The notes below the pieces were generated by a model. The model did not search any database. It worked only from the letters and a program-made list of their open reading frames with translations, and was not told the DNA's origin. Positions 9,612 to 18,743 of a DNA stretch of 29,920 nt are shown one piece after another; within the stretch, counting starts at the first letter, position 1, and each line of letters starts with the position of its first letter. This stretch comes from a virus (lineage: Duplodnaviria; Caudoviricetes): positions 1-29,920 of IMG/VR virus record IMGVR_UViG_3300016467_000246. The stretch is one strand, 5' to 3'. Made by a program: the position numbers and the translations under genes.

Positions 9612-11365
9612 TGACTAGACAAACAATAGATTCAGGAAAAGCTCCCCTAGTTTGGAGCAACATTGATGATGCATTTACTAAAATCAATGCTAACTTTACA
9701 GAACTATATGCAAGTATAGGAGAGACTGGAAGCATAGGTTTTGATGCTTTGGAAGTTAGTTTGATACCAAAAGACAATGATACTTATAGTCTTGGAACAT
9801 CAACCAAACGATGGCAGAATTTATTTCTCAGTGGGACGTTTAGTCTAGGCGGTGCTCAAATTACCGCAGAAGGATTAACCATAGACCTGCCTAGCGGAAC
9901 AACCGTAGGTGGTCAATTAATCATAGATCCCACTAAGCCAATATTTTCAGAGTTCTCTGTTAACTCAGATACTTCAGTAGTAGCTGATAGCTTTAGAGAT
10001 GTATTAGATTTTCAAAGCGGCACAGGTATTAGTCTAAGCGTAAACTCATCAGCAGATGCTATTATTTTTACCAATGCCGGCGTAACTAATATTACGGCAG
10101 GTGCAGGTATGAGCGTTAGTGCTGGTACGGGCAGTGTTACTATTACCAACACCGGTGTTAGAACAATTACGGGTGGAGACGGATTTGAAATCACTGATAG
10201 TTCGGCATCGGGTGATTTAATTATTAACAACACAGGTGTAATAAGACTACAAGCAGGTGCCGACATTACTCTTAGTAACGGCGGCTTGCCCGACGGTGAT
10301 GGAAAAATTATTATTACAAACAGTGCTCCTGCAGGTAATGCTTATAGAACAATTGCGGTATCAGGCGAAGCATCACTGGTTGCTGGTAGTACTGCGGCCA
10401 CATTAACATTAATAGAAGGCAGCGGTATGAATATTACCACTGCTGTTTCTTCAGGTGCATTGACCAACAGAATTACATTTGAAAATACTGGAGTTCTTAG
10501 TTTAACTGCCGGAGCAGGCATTACCCTTTCAGCTTCAACCGGAGCTGTTACTGTAGGATTCAATAATCGTTCAGATATTATTGGAAGTATATTTGCAGAT
10601 GATTCAACTATGTTAGTTGACGGAACCGGAGCACAAATAGTTGGTAATATTAATACATCGAGTTTAAAAACAAGTCAAAGTGCTATTTCATTAGGGGGTG
10701 GTGCTGGTCTTACTTCGCAGGGAATTTTAGCTGTAGCTGTAGGTCTTAATGCTGGTAACAGTTCTCAGGGATCATATGCTCTAGCATTTGGTAACGGTGC
10801 AGGTGAAACTTCACAAGGTTCGAGGGCAATAGCAATTGGTAGGACTTCAGGATCTAGTACGCAAGGTGTTGGTGCAATAGCCATTGGAGAGTATGCTGGA
10901 CAAACCAGTCAAGGTGCAAATGCCATTGCTATTGGTGCTTATTCTGGTCAGACAAATCAAACTGCTGGAAGCATTATTATTAATGCTACAGGGTACGTTG
11001 TCAACGGAGCGGCTGCGGCATTTTATGTTGATCCGGTACGTTCTGGATCTAGCACAGGTAACATACTAAATTATAATACCTCAACTAAAGAAATATTTTA
11101 TTCATCAACTTACGACGGTGATATTACAGGTAGTGTGTTTGGAGACGATTCTACTAAACTTGTAGACGGAGTAGAAAGTAAAATTGTTGGCCCTGTTGAT
11201 TCTGCCACTGTGACAGCAAGTTTATATTTAAAAACTGCGGTCTATGCTGACTCTACGGCTATAAGTGCTGCAATACCTGTAGCAGTAAAAGGCATGATAG
11301 TCTACGATGATGGTACCAGTCAATTCAAAGGCTTTAACGGTTCTACATGGGTAGCATTAAATTAA
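9611..11365 (+). CDS. Tail fibre/adhesin-like virion protein with YadA-head-like repeats
   Basis: N-terminal AFTKINANFTELY motif; NTGVxxLTAGxGI repeats; 16-aa QGxxAIAIGxxAG repeats; duplicated GSxFxDDSTxLVDG. ATG overlaps the upstream TAA. Confidence 0.75.
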   Translation: MTRQTIDSGKAPLVWSNIDDAFTKINANFTELYASIGETGSIGFDALEVSLIPKDNDTYSLGTSTKRWQNLFLSGTFSLGGAQITAEGLTIDLPSGTTVGGQLIIDPTKPIFSEFSVNSDTSVVADSFRDVLDFQSGTGISLSVNSSADAIIFTNAGVTNITAGAGMSVSAGTGSVTITNTGVRTITGGDGFEITDSSASGDLIINNTGVIRLQAGADITLSNGGLPDGDGKIIITNSAPAGNAYRTIAVSGEASLVAGSTAATLTLIEGSGMNITTAVSSGALTNRITFENTGVLSLTAGAGITLSASTGAVTVGFNNRSDIIGSIFADDSTMLVDGTGAQIVGNINTSSLKTSQSAISLGGGAGLTSQGILAVAVGLNAGNSSQGSYALAFGNGAGETSQGSRAIAIGRTSGSSTQGVGAIAIGEYAGQTSQGANAIAIGAYSGQTNQTAGSIIINATGYVVNGAAAAFYVDPVRSGSSTGNILNYNTSTKEIFYSSTYDGDITGSVFGDDSTKLVDGVESKIVGPVDSATVTASLYLKTAVYADSTAISAAIPVAVKGMIVYDDGTSQFKGFNGSTWVALN

Positions 11366-11376
11366 CGGAGCGATAA

Positions 11377-13260
11377 ATGGCTAAAAAAGTAATCAACGTA
11401 GGTACTAACGCTAATCCAACTGGTGATAGTCTTAAAAATGCCTTTACCAAGGTAAATGATAATTTTACAGAATTATATAATGCATTAGGACTAACAGACG
11501 GATCAGTAAACGTTGGTGCTTTTGAGTTTTCAGGTAGCACCAGTGGTATAGCTACTATGACAACCACAGACAGTAGTGCTATACTAATTGACCAAACTGT
11601 TACTGTAGGAAGCAATCTAACTGTAGGTGGAGACATTCTTCCTAGCGTGGCCAATGGTGGAGATCTAGGAAGTAGTGCTAAACCTTGGCGTAGTTTATAC
11701 GTTAGTAATTCAACTATCTATCTTGGCGGTACAGCATTAGCAGTAAACCAATCTGGACAACTGACTGTTGGTGGAGTTGCGGCTAATACTAGTAATCAAT
11801 TAGTCAATGCTACAGATAAAATAGTTTTAAATGAAGAAGGTGCAACTAGACTATCGATGTACCTTAACAATGTAGAAAAAACTAGGTTACAAATTAATGG
11901 CAACGATCTTTTACTTTCCAGTCTAGCAGGCGGAGTTGTTCTAGCGGCCACAGACGGTGTTGGCGGAGAATGGAGATTTAAAACTAACGGAAATTTAGAA
12001 TCAACTGGAGGCAACTTCCTAAGTGCTGCTGAAACTCCAGCAGTATTTGGTAGCTTGAATTCTACATCAACTGGTGCTAGTAGCGGAACAGTTACTCTTA
12101 AATCAGGGACAGGCAACGTTGACGGCGGGAGCATTTACATAGAAGCTGGAACAGGTGGCTCGGGCAATGACGGCGAAGTGGCAATCAGAACCAGTTCTGG
12201 ACCTTACGAATGGTTGTTTGACAATGGTGGTAATCTAACAATACCTGGTGAAATACGACACAGCACTACTAACAACTGGTTAGATTTAAATTTAGCTGGC
12301 GGCAATGTTGGATTGGCCAGTCAAACCGGTAGTGTAGGAATCTATGCCGATTACGCAGGTGGTCCCTATACTTGGTTGTTTAAAGACAATGGCTCTATAC
12401 AGTTTCCCGATATGTCTTTGCAGACCACAGCCTATACAGGTACTGCTAATTTAGCCACAGTGGCAAGGAATATAGAAAACGAAGGTGATGTAAACATTAC
12501 TGTCAATTTGACAGATTCAACAAAACGTATTTGGCTTTTTGGCGAGGATGGAAATTTAACATTCCCCGACGGTACTAATCAATCTACTGGATGGACTGGA
12601 GGTATTAACGATACCAATAGTTATGTAAACTTTTCTACCTATCCTCCTATGCCAGGGACAATAATGTTTGCAAATGGTTCAGTGCAAACTGAGGCATTTA
12701 CCGGATATGCTAACACGGCAGGTATTGCATATTCTGCATATAACATCGACAGTGAAAATAACGTAAGTATTACTGTCAACCTAACTGACTCAACAAAACG
12801 TATTTGGCAGTTTGGTGAGGATGGCGTTCTAAATCTCGCTGGCAATCTACAGTTTTCCGATGGCACTGTGCAGACCACAGCAACACCTACAGAATTAACT
12901 CCTTTTATTAGATCTGGTGTAATAACATCTGGTGCCAGCTTTTCAGCCTACGGAATCACCATAGCTATGAGCGGAACAAATCCGTATACTATTACAGCGG
13001 CAATAGGAGCCCAAGTAGGGGGCGACTCGCGTATTAGTTCTCCTAATTACACAGGTGGTATTAGTACTACACCAACATCTATCTTTACGATTACTGCGAC
13101 AGGTCAATCATGTATTGCTATAATTTCCGATGTAAATACCTTCGCTATATACAGAGTCACTGTACACAATATGATAGTGAACGATCCTAACTATGAGTTA
13201 ACAATGGTGGCTATCGAGCAACTTAGAAGCACCGCATACGACAGCGGCGGTCCTATATAA
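11377..13260 (+). CDS. Tail fibre-like virion protein
   Basis: N-terminal INVGTNANPTGDSLKNAFTKVNDNFTELY; DLGSSAKPWRSLYVS; repeated WxFxxxGxLxFPDGT.QxTA units; GGAG RBS. Confidence 0.75.
   Translation: MAKKVINVGTNANPTGDSLKNAFTKVNDNFTELYNALGLTDGSVNVGAFEFSGSTSGIATMTTTDSSAILIDQTVTVGSNLTVGGDILPSVANGGDLGSSAKPWRSLYVSNSTIYLGGTALAVNQSGQLTVGGVAANTSNQLVNATDKIVLNEEGATRLSMYLNNVEKTRLQINGNDLLLSSLAGGVVLAATDGVGGEWRFKTNGNLESTGGNFLSAAETPAVFGSLNSTSTGASSGTVTLKSGTGNVDGGSIYIEAGTGGSGNDGEVAIRTSSGPYEWLFDNGGNLTIPGEIRHSTTNNWLDLNLAGGNVGLASQTGSVGIYADYAGGPYTWLFKDNGSIQFPDMSLQTTAYTGTANLATVARNIENEGDVNITVNLTDSTKRIWLFGEDGNLTFPDGTNQSTGWTGGINDTNSYVNFSTYPPMPGTIMFANGSVQTEAFTGYANTAGIAYSAYNIDSENNVSITVNLTDSTKRIWQFGEDGVLNLAGNLQFSDGTVQTTATPTELTPFIRSGVITSGASFSAYGITIAMSGTNPYTITAAIGAQVGGDSRISSPNYTGGISTTPTSIFTITATGQSCIAIISDVNTFAIYRVTVHNMIVNDPNYELTMVAIEQLRSTAYDSGGPI
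12497..12825 (+). repeat. Imperfect ~57-bp direct repeat encoding ITVNLTDSTKRIWxFGEDG
   Basis: Copies at ~12497 and ~12769 share attactgtcaa...tcaacaaaacgtatttggc...tttggYgaggatgg. Confidence 0.85.
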
Positions 13261-13268
13261 ACATAGGG

Positions 13269-13274
13269 TAAATA
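13269..13274 (+). promoter_or_regulatory. TAAATA late-promoter-like motif
   Basis: Lies in the short intergenic gap upstream of the ATG at 13298. Confidence 0.5.
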
Positions 13275-13297
13275 TAATAAAGAGAGCGTAGAACAAC

Positions 13298-13864
13298 ATG
13301 GCTATACAAACAATCAACATCGGTAACATCGTAAACGACGGCCTAGGCGACGATTTGCGAACAGCGTTTCAAAAGGTAAATGCTAATTTTACTGCACTTA
13401 ATACTAGCTTAACAATCACAGCAAGTAATTTAGGAACGTCCGGAGAAGCTGTTTTTAAACAAAAAACAGGAACAAATTTAGAATTTAAAAAATTAGTAGC
13501 CGGAAATAAGATCACACTAACCAGTACGCCCGAAACTATTACTATTGCTAGCACAGAAGGTGATACATTTACTAGAATTACCACTCAATCGGGTTACGTA
13601 GATGCCAACGATCATAGATACATTACCATACAAGGTGATGCCGATGTTAGTGTAACAGCAACTAACGATGTAATTACTGTTAGCACCATACTAGATCTAA
13701 AACAAATATTAAAAGTTGTGGACTTTGGGCCCGTTGCTGAAGGTAGTCAAAAATACGATAATACTGTACAATTTAATACTGCTATGGCTAATATTGATTT
13801 TGGTACGTGTGCAGCTCCTAGCGAAATTAATCTTGTAATGGAAACATTTGAAGAAAGCCTATGA
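13298..13864 (+). CDS. Baseplate/tail structural protein (gp9/gp10-like N-terminus)
   Basis: INIGNIVNDGLGDDLRTAFQKVNANF. The segment FKKLVAGNKITL resembles FKQLVAGTGISL of the giant protein. Confidence 0.7.
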   Translation: MAIQTINIGNIVNDGLGDDLRTAFQKVNANFTALNTSLTITASNLGTSGEAVFKQKTGTNLEFKKLVAGNKITLTSTPETITIASTEGDTFTRITTQSGYVDANDHRYITIQGDADVSVTATNDVITVSTILDLKQILKVVDFGPVAEGSQKYDNTVQFNTAMANIDFGTCAAPSEINLVMETFEESL

Positions 13865-16641
13865 CAATTTCATGGATTACTCCCGCTGGCAGTCTAGGGA
13901 CCATTATTGAACGTGTTCCCTTAGATATATCGCTAGAGGCTCGATCTAACGTTGGACAAATAACTTTTAGTCTAATATCGGGTAGACCTCCTAGAGGTAT
14001 GCGTTTGAGCGGACTTACCACCTACGATAGTTCTATATCAACAACATCAGTTAAAGGAAGTCCCAGCGAAGTAAGAAGGTTTACTACGTATAGATTTGTT
14101 ATCAGAGCTAGTGATGGAGAAGACATTGAAGACCGAACATTCAGTATATCCGTGGACGGATCTGATGCACCAGAATGGGTGACTAGGGAAGGGTTTTTAA
14201 ATGTCGGCCCTAACAATGCTTATTATGTTCTAGATAACAGTTATGTGGATTTTCAATTAGAAGTTCGAGATCCGGATATTAATGCTGGCGATGTTATTGA
14301 ATATTATCTCATTCCCAACGGGGGAGAATTGCCACCAGGTCTATCTTTAAGTTCAAAGGGTCGAATAACTGGATTTACCGATCCTGTATTTGCCTTAGAG
14401 TACAATGAAACAAGAACTGGGGCCTACGACGCTGGCACATTTGACACACAACCTTTAGATTTAGCCAATACTGATACCACAGGCTTTGACAGTTTTATCT
14501 ACGATCTTCAAGGATTTGATTACAAAGAAACTACCAAAGCTCCTAGAAGACTTAGTAGATTCTATACATTTATTGTAGCAGCTTCCGACGGAGTAACTGA
14601 AGTTAGAAGACTTTTTAGAATTTATGTTGTCACTGAAGAATTTTTACAAGCCGACAATAGTATCGTACAAGTTGATACTAATTTATTTCAAAGTGACGGA
14701 GACGGCACTAGAAAACCGTTATGGATTACTGAAAGTTATTTAGGGCGTGTAAGAGCAAATAACTATGTAACACTTTATCTAGATGTTTATGATCCTCCTA
14801 GTCTGGAAGGAACAATTACTTATTTTAAACTCAATACTAATCCCGGAACATATACATTAAAGTCCACAGGAGAAACAATAACCAACGGATTCTATGAACT
14901 CAGCGGACAATTGCCAGAATTTAAATATGTTCAAAAAGGAAATTGGTTATCCACCGATGATTATGTTGTTGGTGACACAGTTATATACAATGGACAAACT
15001 TGGGTATGTCAGCGTGACAATAGAAATTCTACTCCTACATTATCTAGCGTATATTGGGACAGAAATATATCAACTATTAATCCAACATTTAAAGCAGCAA
15101 ATCCCCTATCATGGACTGTGATAGAACCAGAAAGCACCAGCGAATTTCCACCAGGTATGACCTTAGATACTCTAACTGGAGAGGTTGTTGGTCGTGTTCC
15201 GTATCAGGCTGCGGTTACAAAAACTTATAAATTTACCTTAGAAGCTGTTAGTTTTCCTCCTGTTCTATTTGAACAAAATTATGAACTAAGGGGCGAATGG
15301 TCGTCCACCGCTGATTATGTTGTAGGTGATGCAGTAAGATACAATACATTTATCTGGGTCGCACTGCAAGACAATAGATTTCAAATTCCATCCGACGGAC
15401 TTTATTGGGATCGAGGTGTTTCAACTGCGGCAAAAACATTTTCTGTAGATATCATAGGTGAAATTGAAAGTGCGATAGAATGGATCACAGACAGCGATCT
15501 TGGATACATTCCTCCAAACATTTCTAGCGATAAATTTATTGTTGCTGAAACTAAACTCTACGGCGGAAGAACCATATATGAAATAACCAACGGGAGTTTA
15601 CCTCCTGGTCTAGAATTAATCAGCAACGGTCTAATTCAAGGAAAAGTAAAACAGTTTGCAGATATTAATGGCCCGGGTCTAACAAGATTCTACGAACGAT
15701 CAGATTCGGCAGAAGATAGTTCTACTAGGTCAAGAGTGTTTTCCGAATCTTGGGACGGCGGAGATACAAGTTTTGACAGGGTCTTTACCTTTGATATTAA
15801 AGCTAAAGATGTTATCAATGTTGCAGAAAACATTAGAACATTCACATTAACAGTTGCAACAAAAACAAATGTAACATTTGCCAATTTATATGTTAAAGCA
15901 TTTCAGGCCAAAGACAAAAGATTGGAATGGTACAATTTTATCACTGACAATAATATTTTTAGAGAAAACGAAATCTATAGATACGGCGATCCTGCTTTTG
16001 GAATTCAAAGCGAACTTAAGATGCTTGTCTATGCAGGCATCGAAAGTCGAGATGCTCAATACTTTGTGCAATCTATGAGTAGAAATCATTACAGAAAACA
16101 AGTTCGGTTTGGTGATGTTAGGTCTGCTGTGGCTAAAGATCCTGTTACTCAGGTTCCAATCTACGAAGTAGTTTATGTAGAAATCATAGACGAATTTGAA
16201 AAGAATGGCAAGAGTATCAGCAAAACTGTTGAGCTACCAAACGACATTAACAGTAGTATTTTAACCAGCTTCGATGCTATTAAAGTTGACAGTGATATAC
16301 CGCTGGCCAGCCAACAAGACCATCAACGTGTTTTTCCTAATAGCTACAAAAATATGAGATCAAGAATTAAAGGAATTGGAGAAAGAGATCGAGAATTCCT
16401 ACCATTATGGATGCGTAGTATACAGCCCGATTCGTTTGTAGAGCCCGGTTGGGTTAAAAGTATAGTCTTGTGTTACCTAAAACCAGGCTATTCAACTAAT
16501 GTTATAACAAGAATAAAGAATAACGGTTTTGATTTTAAAACCCTAAACTTTACTATAGATCGCTATCTGATTGATGTAATCAACGGAGTCTTTGAGAATA
16601 AATACCTAGCGTTCGCACAACGTGGAGAAAAATTACCGTGA
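13861..16641 (+). CDS. Large baseplate-associated protein with putative Ig-like domains and two carbohydrate-binding-like modules
   Basis: Repeated (L/F)PPG(L/M)xL..G.I.G putative Ig motifs; two WxSTxDYVVGDxVxYNxxxW...YWDR units; 4-nt ATGA overlap with the upstream gene. Confidence 0.65.
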   Translation: MTISWITPAGSLGTIIERVPLDISLEARSNVGQITFSLISGRPPRGMRLSGLTTYDSSISTTSVKGSPSEVRRFTTYRFVIRASDGEDIEDRTFSISVDGSDAPEWVTREGFLNVGPNNAYYVLDNSYVDFQLEVRDPDINAGDVIEYYLIPNGGELPPGLSLSSKGRITGFTDPVFALEYNETRTGAYDAGTFDTQPLDLANTDTTGFDSFIYDLQGFDYKETTKAPRRLSRFYTFIVAASDGVTEVRRLFRIYVVTEEFLQADNSIVQVDTNLFQSDGDGTRKPLWITESYLGRVRANNYVTLYLDVYDPPSLEGTITYFKLNTNPGTYTLKSTGETITNGFYELSGQLPEFKYVQKGNWLSTDDYVVGDTVIYNGQTWVCQRDNRNSTPTLSSVYWDRNISTINPTFKAANPLSWTVIEPESTSEFPPGMTLDTLTGEVVGRVPYQAAVTKTYKFTLEAVSFPPVLFEQNYELRGEWSSTADYVVGDAVRYNTFIWVALQDNRFQIPSDGLYWDRGVSTAAKTFSVDIIGEIESAIEWITDSDLGYIPPNISSDKFIVAETKLYGGRTIYEITNGSLPPGLELISNGLIQGKVKQFADINGPGLTRFYERSDSAEDSSTRSRVFSESWDGGDTSFDRVFTFDIKAKDVINVAENIRTFTLTVATKTNVTFANLYVKAFQAKDKRLEWYNFITDNNIFRENEIYRYGDPAFGIQSELKMLVYAGIESRDAQYFVQSMSRNHYRKQVRFGDVRSAVAKDPVTQVPIYEVVYVEIIDEFEKNGKSISKTVELPNDINSSILTSFDAIKVDSDIPLASQQDHQRVFPNSYKNMRSRIKGIGERDREFLPLWMRSIQPDSFVEPGWVKSIVLCYLKPGYSTNVITRIKNNGFDFKTLNFTIDRYLIDVINGVFENKYLAFAQRGEKLP

Positions 16642-17219
16642 CCAGCAATATTAACTATTTGAGCATAAATGAAAACTTTCCTGTAGCAGGAGAGGACAAC
16701 GACACACAGACATTTAGAGATAATTTTGATACTATTAAGACCAGCCTAAGATCTGCTCAGGAAGAAATTACTGATCTTCAAGCAAACACTGCCAAAACAA
16801 ACGCAGATAACAATTTCAGTAATAAAGAAATTACTGACGCTGTGTTTAGAAATACAATGGTTAAAAAGTTTGATGGCGGTATTATTACAACTCCAACAAC
16901 ATTGTTAACTGTTGACTACGAGAACGGTAATTATCAAGTTTTTAGATTTGCTGCAAACATGAGTATTGATTTCCAAAACTTCCCCACTAACTCTGCAGGA
17001 ACAGGTCCGATTGGTTGTGGAAAAATTACTTTAGAACTCTACGGCGACGGCAGCTCTAGAACACTTACATTTATTACCAGCGGCGGCACATTGTTTAGAA
17101 AGAACAGCACTTTCCCAGCAACATTTACAGTGAGTTCTAATTCTGCTCCTATTATCATTGAAGTTTGGCAGCACAATTCAACTTACATTTTCATGAATTA
17201 TCTAGGACAATTCAGTTAA
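16638..17219 (+). CDS. Hypothetical virion structural protein
   Basis: GTG start overlapping the upstream TGA with a GGAG RBS. N-terminal FPVAGEDNDTQTFRDNF plus a short coiled coil, then a beta-rich C-terminus. Confidence 0.6.
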   Translation: MTSNINYLSINENFPVAGEDNDTQTFRDNFDTIKTSLRSAQEEITDLQANTAKTNADNNFSNKEITDAVFRNTMVKKFDGGIITTPTTLLTVDYENGNYQVFRFAANMSIDFQNFPTNSAGTGPIGCGKITLELYGDGSSRTLTFITSGGTLFRKNSTFPATFTVSSNSAPIIIEVWQHNSTYIFMNYLGQFS

Positions 17220-17452
17220 TGTTTCATCCCTTGCAGGAAGACCTTACCAAATTTACAGATTCCGAAATTGAATCTAAACTACAAGAATTGAGCAGAAAAT
17301 ACTTTGCTGCACAACGTATGGGCAGTATAGACCTATTGACACAACTATCAACCTTTGTTACAATATATAGAGACGAATTGTCAAGAAGATATATGAATAG
17401 AAACAAAGGCGACCTAGATAAAGATCTAGATCAATTGATAAATGTTGATTGA
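17219..17452 (+). CDS. Small helical hypothetical protein (77 aa)
   Basis: ATG at 17219 overlaps the upstream TAA (TAATG) and is preferred over the track's start at 17165. Confidence 0.65.
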   Translation: MFHPLQEDLTKFTDSEIESKLQELSRKYFAAQRMGSIDLLTQLSTFVTIYRDELSRRYMNRNKGDLDKDLDQLINVD

Positions 17453-17918
17453 AAATACATTAGAAAACTTATTAAAAGGAGTTATGCGATTTGGTCCAGA
17501 AATACTGGAAAATTGCGTAACCAATCCTAACGACATCATTAAATATCTCGAAAGAGTAGATCAAGAAAGACTAGATTATCCATTAACTAAATTAGAAATA
17601 GACAAGAATAATTGGTTTATTCCTAAAGAATATAAGGATATGGATATCGAAGATTTTTTGATTGAACACTGTCCAAAAGAAAACTACAATCGATTACAGC
17701 TAGAACTAGACCTGTATAAAAAACACAATATGATTCCTGTGTTAAAAACTATGAAATATATTGTAGATACCTTAAGGTCTAATAATATTGTTTGGGGAGT
17801 AGGTCGCGGCAGTTCCGTATCTAGCTATGTACTCTATTTGATAGGGATACATAAGATAGATAGTGTTAAATATAACTTACCAATCGACGAATTCTTTAAA
17901 GGAGAACAAAATGGGTAA
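17442..17918 (+). CDS. dnaE: DNA polymerase III alpha (DnaE) fragment, stand-alone
   Basis: RLQLELDLY...YIVDTLRSNNIVWGVGRGSSVSSYVLYLIGIHKIDSVKYNLPIDEFF matches DnaE RLxxEL...GxGRGSAAGSLVAYxLGITxxDPxxxxLxFERF. It ends before the catalytic PDxDxD motif. Confidence 0.75.
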   Translation: MLIENTLENLLKGVMRFGPEILENCVTNPNDIIKYLERVDQERLDYPLTKLEIDKNNWFIPKEYKDMDIEDFLIEHCPKENYNRLQLELDLYKKHNMIPVLKTMKYIVDTLRSNNIVWGVGRGSSVSSYVLYLIGIHKIDSVKYNLPIDEFFKGEQNG

Positions 17919-18138
17919 AACATATACAAGTATGAGAGGCAAAGAAGTTGACATGGAAAAACTCAACATGAAGCACGAAACTACTCCTGCTGTTGGAAAT
18001 GTCAGAGTCAATGCACGTGGCGACGAATTGGGCCCCGGCGGAATTGTTAAGAGAACTAGGGAACAAGTATTAGCCGATTATTATGCTAATAATCCTAAAG
18101 CACTCCACGACGAAGTTGTTGCACCGCGTAGAAAATAA
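17911..18138 (+). CDS. Hypothetical protein (75 aa)
   Basis: ATG at 17911 follows AAGGAG and is preferred over the track's start at 17863. Sequence includes SMRGKEVDMEKL...AVGNVRVNARGDELGPGG. Confidence 0.7.
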   Translation: MGKTYTSMRGKEVDMEKLNMKHETTPAVGNVRVNARGDELGPGGIVKRTREQVLADYYANNPKALHDEVVAPRRK

Positions 18139-18147
18139 GAGGAATTT

Positions 18148-18498
18148 ATGGGAACTGCCTACGATGTAAAGCATATCAACATTCGTGCTCTAAACGATGA
18201 TGTTCTTATCAGCGACATGGATTTTGACGAAATGAAAACTGCTAGCGGCATCGTTATTCGTAGCGACGACGGCAAAGTTCACGGAATTAAGCCTCGTTGG
18301 GGACGAGTTTACAAAATTGGTCCAAAACAAAAAGATGTCTGTGAAGGTCAATGGATCTTAATTGAACACGGACGTTGGACTCGTAAGATTAAAATTGACG
18401 ACGGTTCTGGTCCCAAAGAAATTCAAAAGGTAGATGTCAACGCAATTTTAGCAGTTGCCGATGAAAAACCAAACGATTTCTTTATTGGTTTAGAATAA
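18148..18498 (+). CDS. groES: Co-chaperonin GroES-like protein
   Basis: IRALNDDVLI...KTASGIVI (mobile loop)...GRVYKIGP...DVCEGQWILI...ILAV match the Cpn10 pattern. Confidence 0.8.
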   Translation: MGTAYDVKHINIRALNDDVLISDMDFDEMKTASGIVIRSDDGKVHGIKPRWGRVYKIGPKQKDVCEGQWILIEHGRWTRKIKIDDGSGPKEIQKVDVNAILAVADEKPNDFFIGLE

Positions 18499-18734
18499 TG
18501 AGCTTTAAAAAATCATGGGACGTTCAAGATGTAATGTCCCAAATTTATTCCTTATCTAGGGAATGTTCTAGTCCATACAACGACGGGTTTGTTGCATGGG
18601 GATGCAAGCAAGATTTATATCAAATACAAGAAGCCATTTCAGAAGCACTTCGGAAATGTCCAACATTCGCAGGTGAAGAAGAGTGGTTGACAGAGCAAGA
18701 ACAAAAACGTATAATTAAAATTCTTAAGTCATAA
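18498..18734 (+). CDS. Hypothetical protein
   Basis: 78-aa ORF coupled (TAATG) to groES. Confidence 0.65.
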   Translation: MSFKKSWDVQDVMSQIYSLSRECSSPYNDGFVAWGCKQDLYQIQEAISEALRKCPTFAGEEEWLTEQEQKRIIKILKS

Positions 18735-18743
18735 GGATTTTAA

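Noticed and set aside
4977-15725. Recurring DST/DSS tripeptides in virion proteins as glycosylation sequons
   Set aside because: The proteins are very Ser/Thr/Asp-rich and several copies come from duplications, so enrichment cannot be shown by eye.
1814-16101. Many minus-strand and alternate-frame ORFs inside the structural genes (e.g. 8315-8809, 7940-8299)
   Set aside because: They are shadows of Thr/Gly/Ala-rich sense codons, with Val/Pro-rich translations, no RBS and no motifs.
17860-18138. Frameshift or split intein continuing the DnaE fragment
   Set aside because: No PDxD motif or intein-like sequence follows, and the downstream ORF has its own strong RBS.
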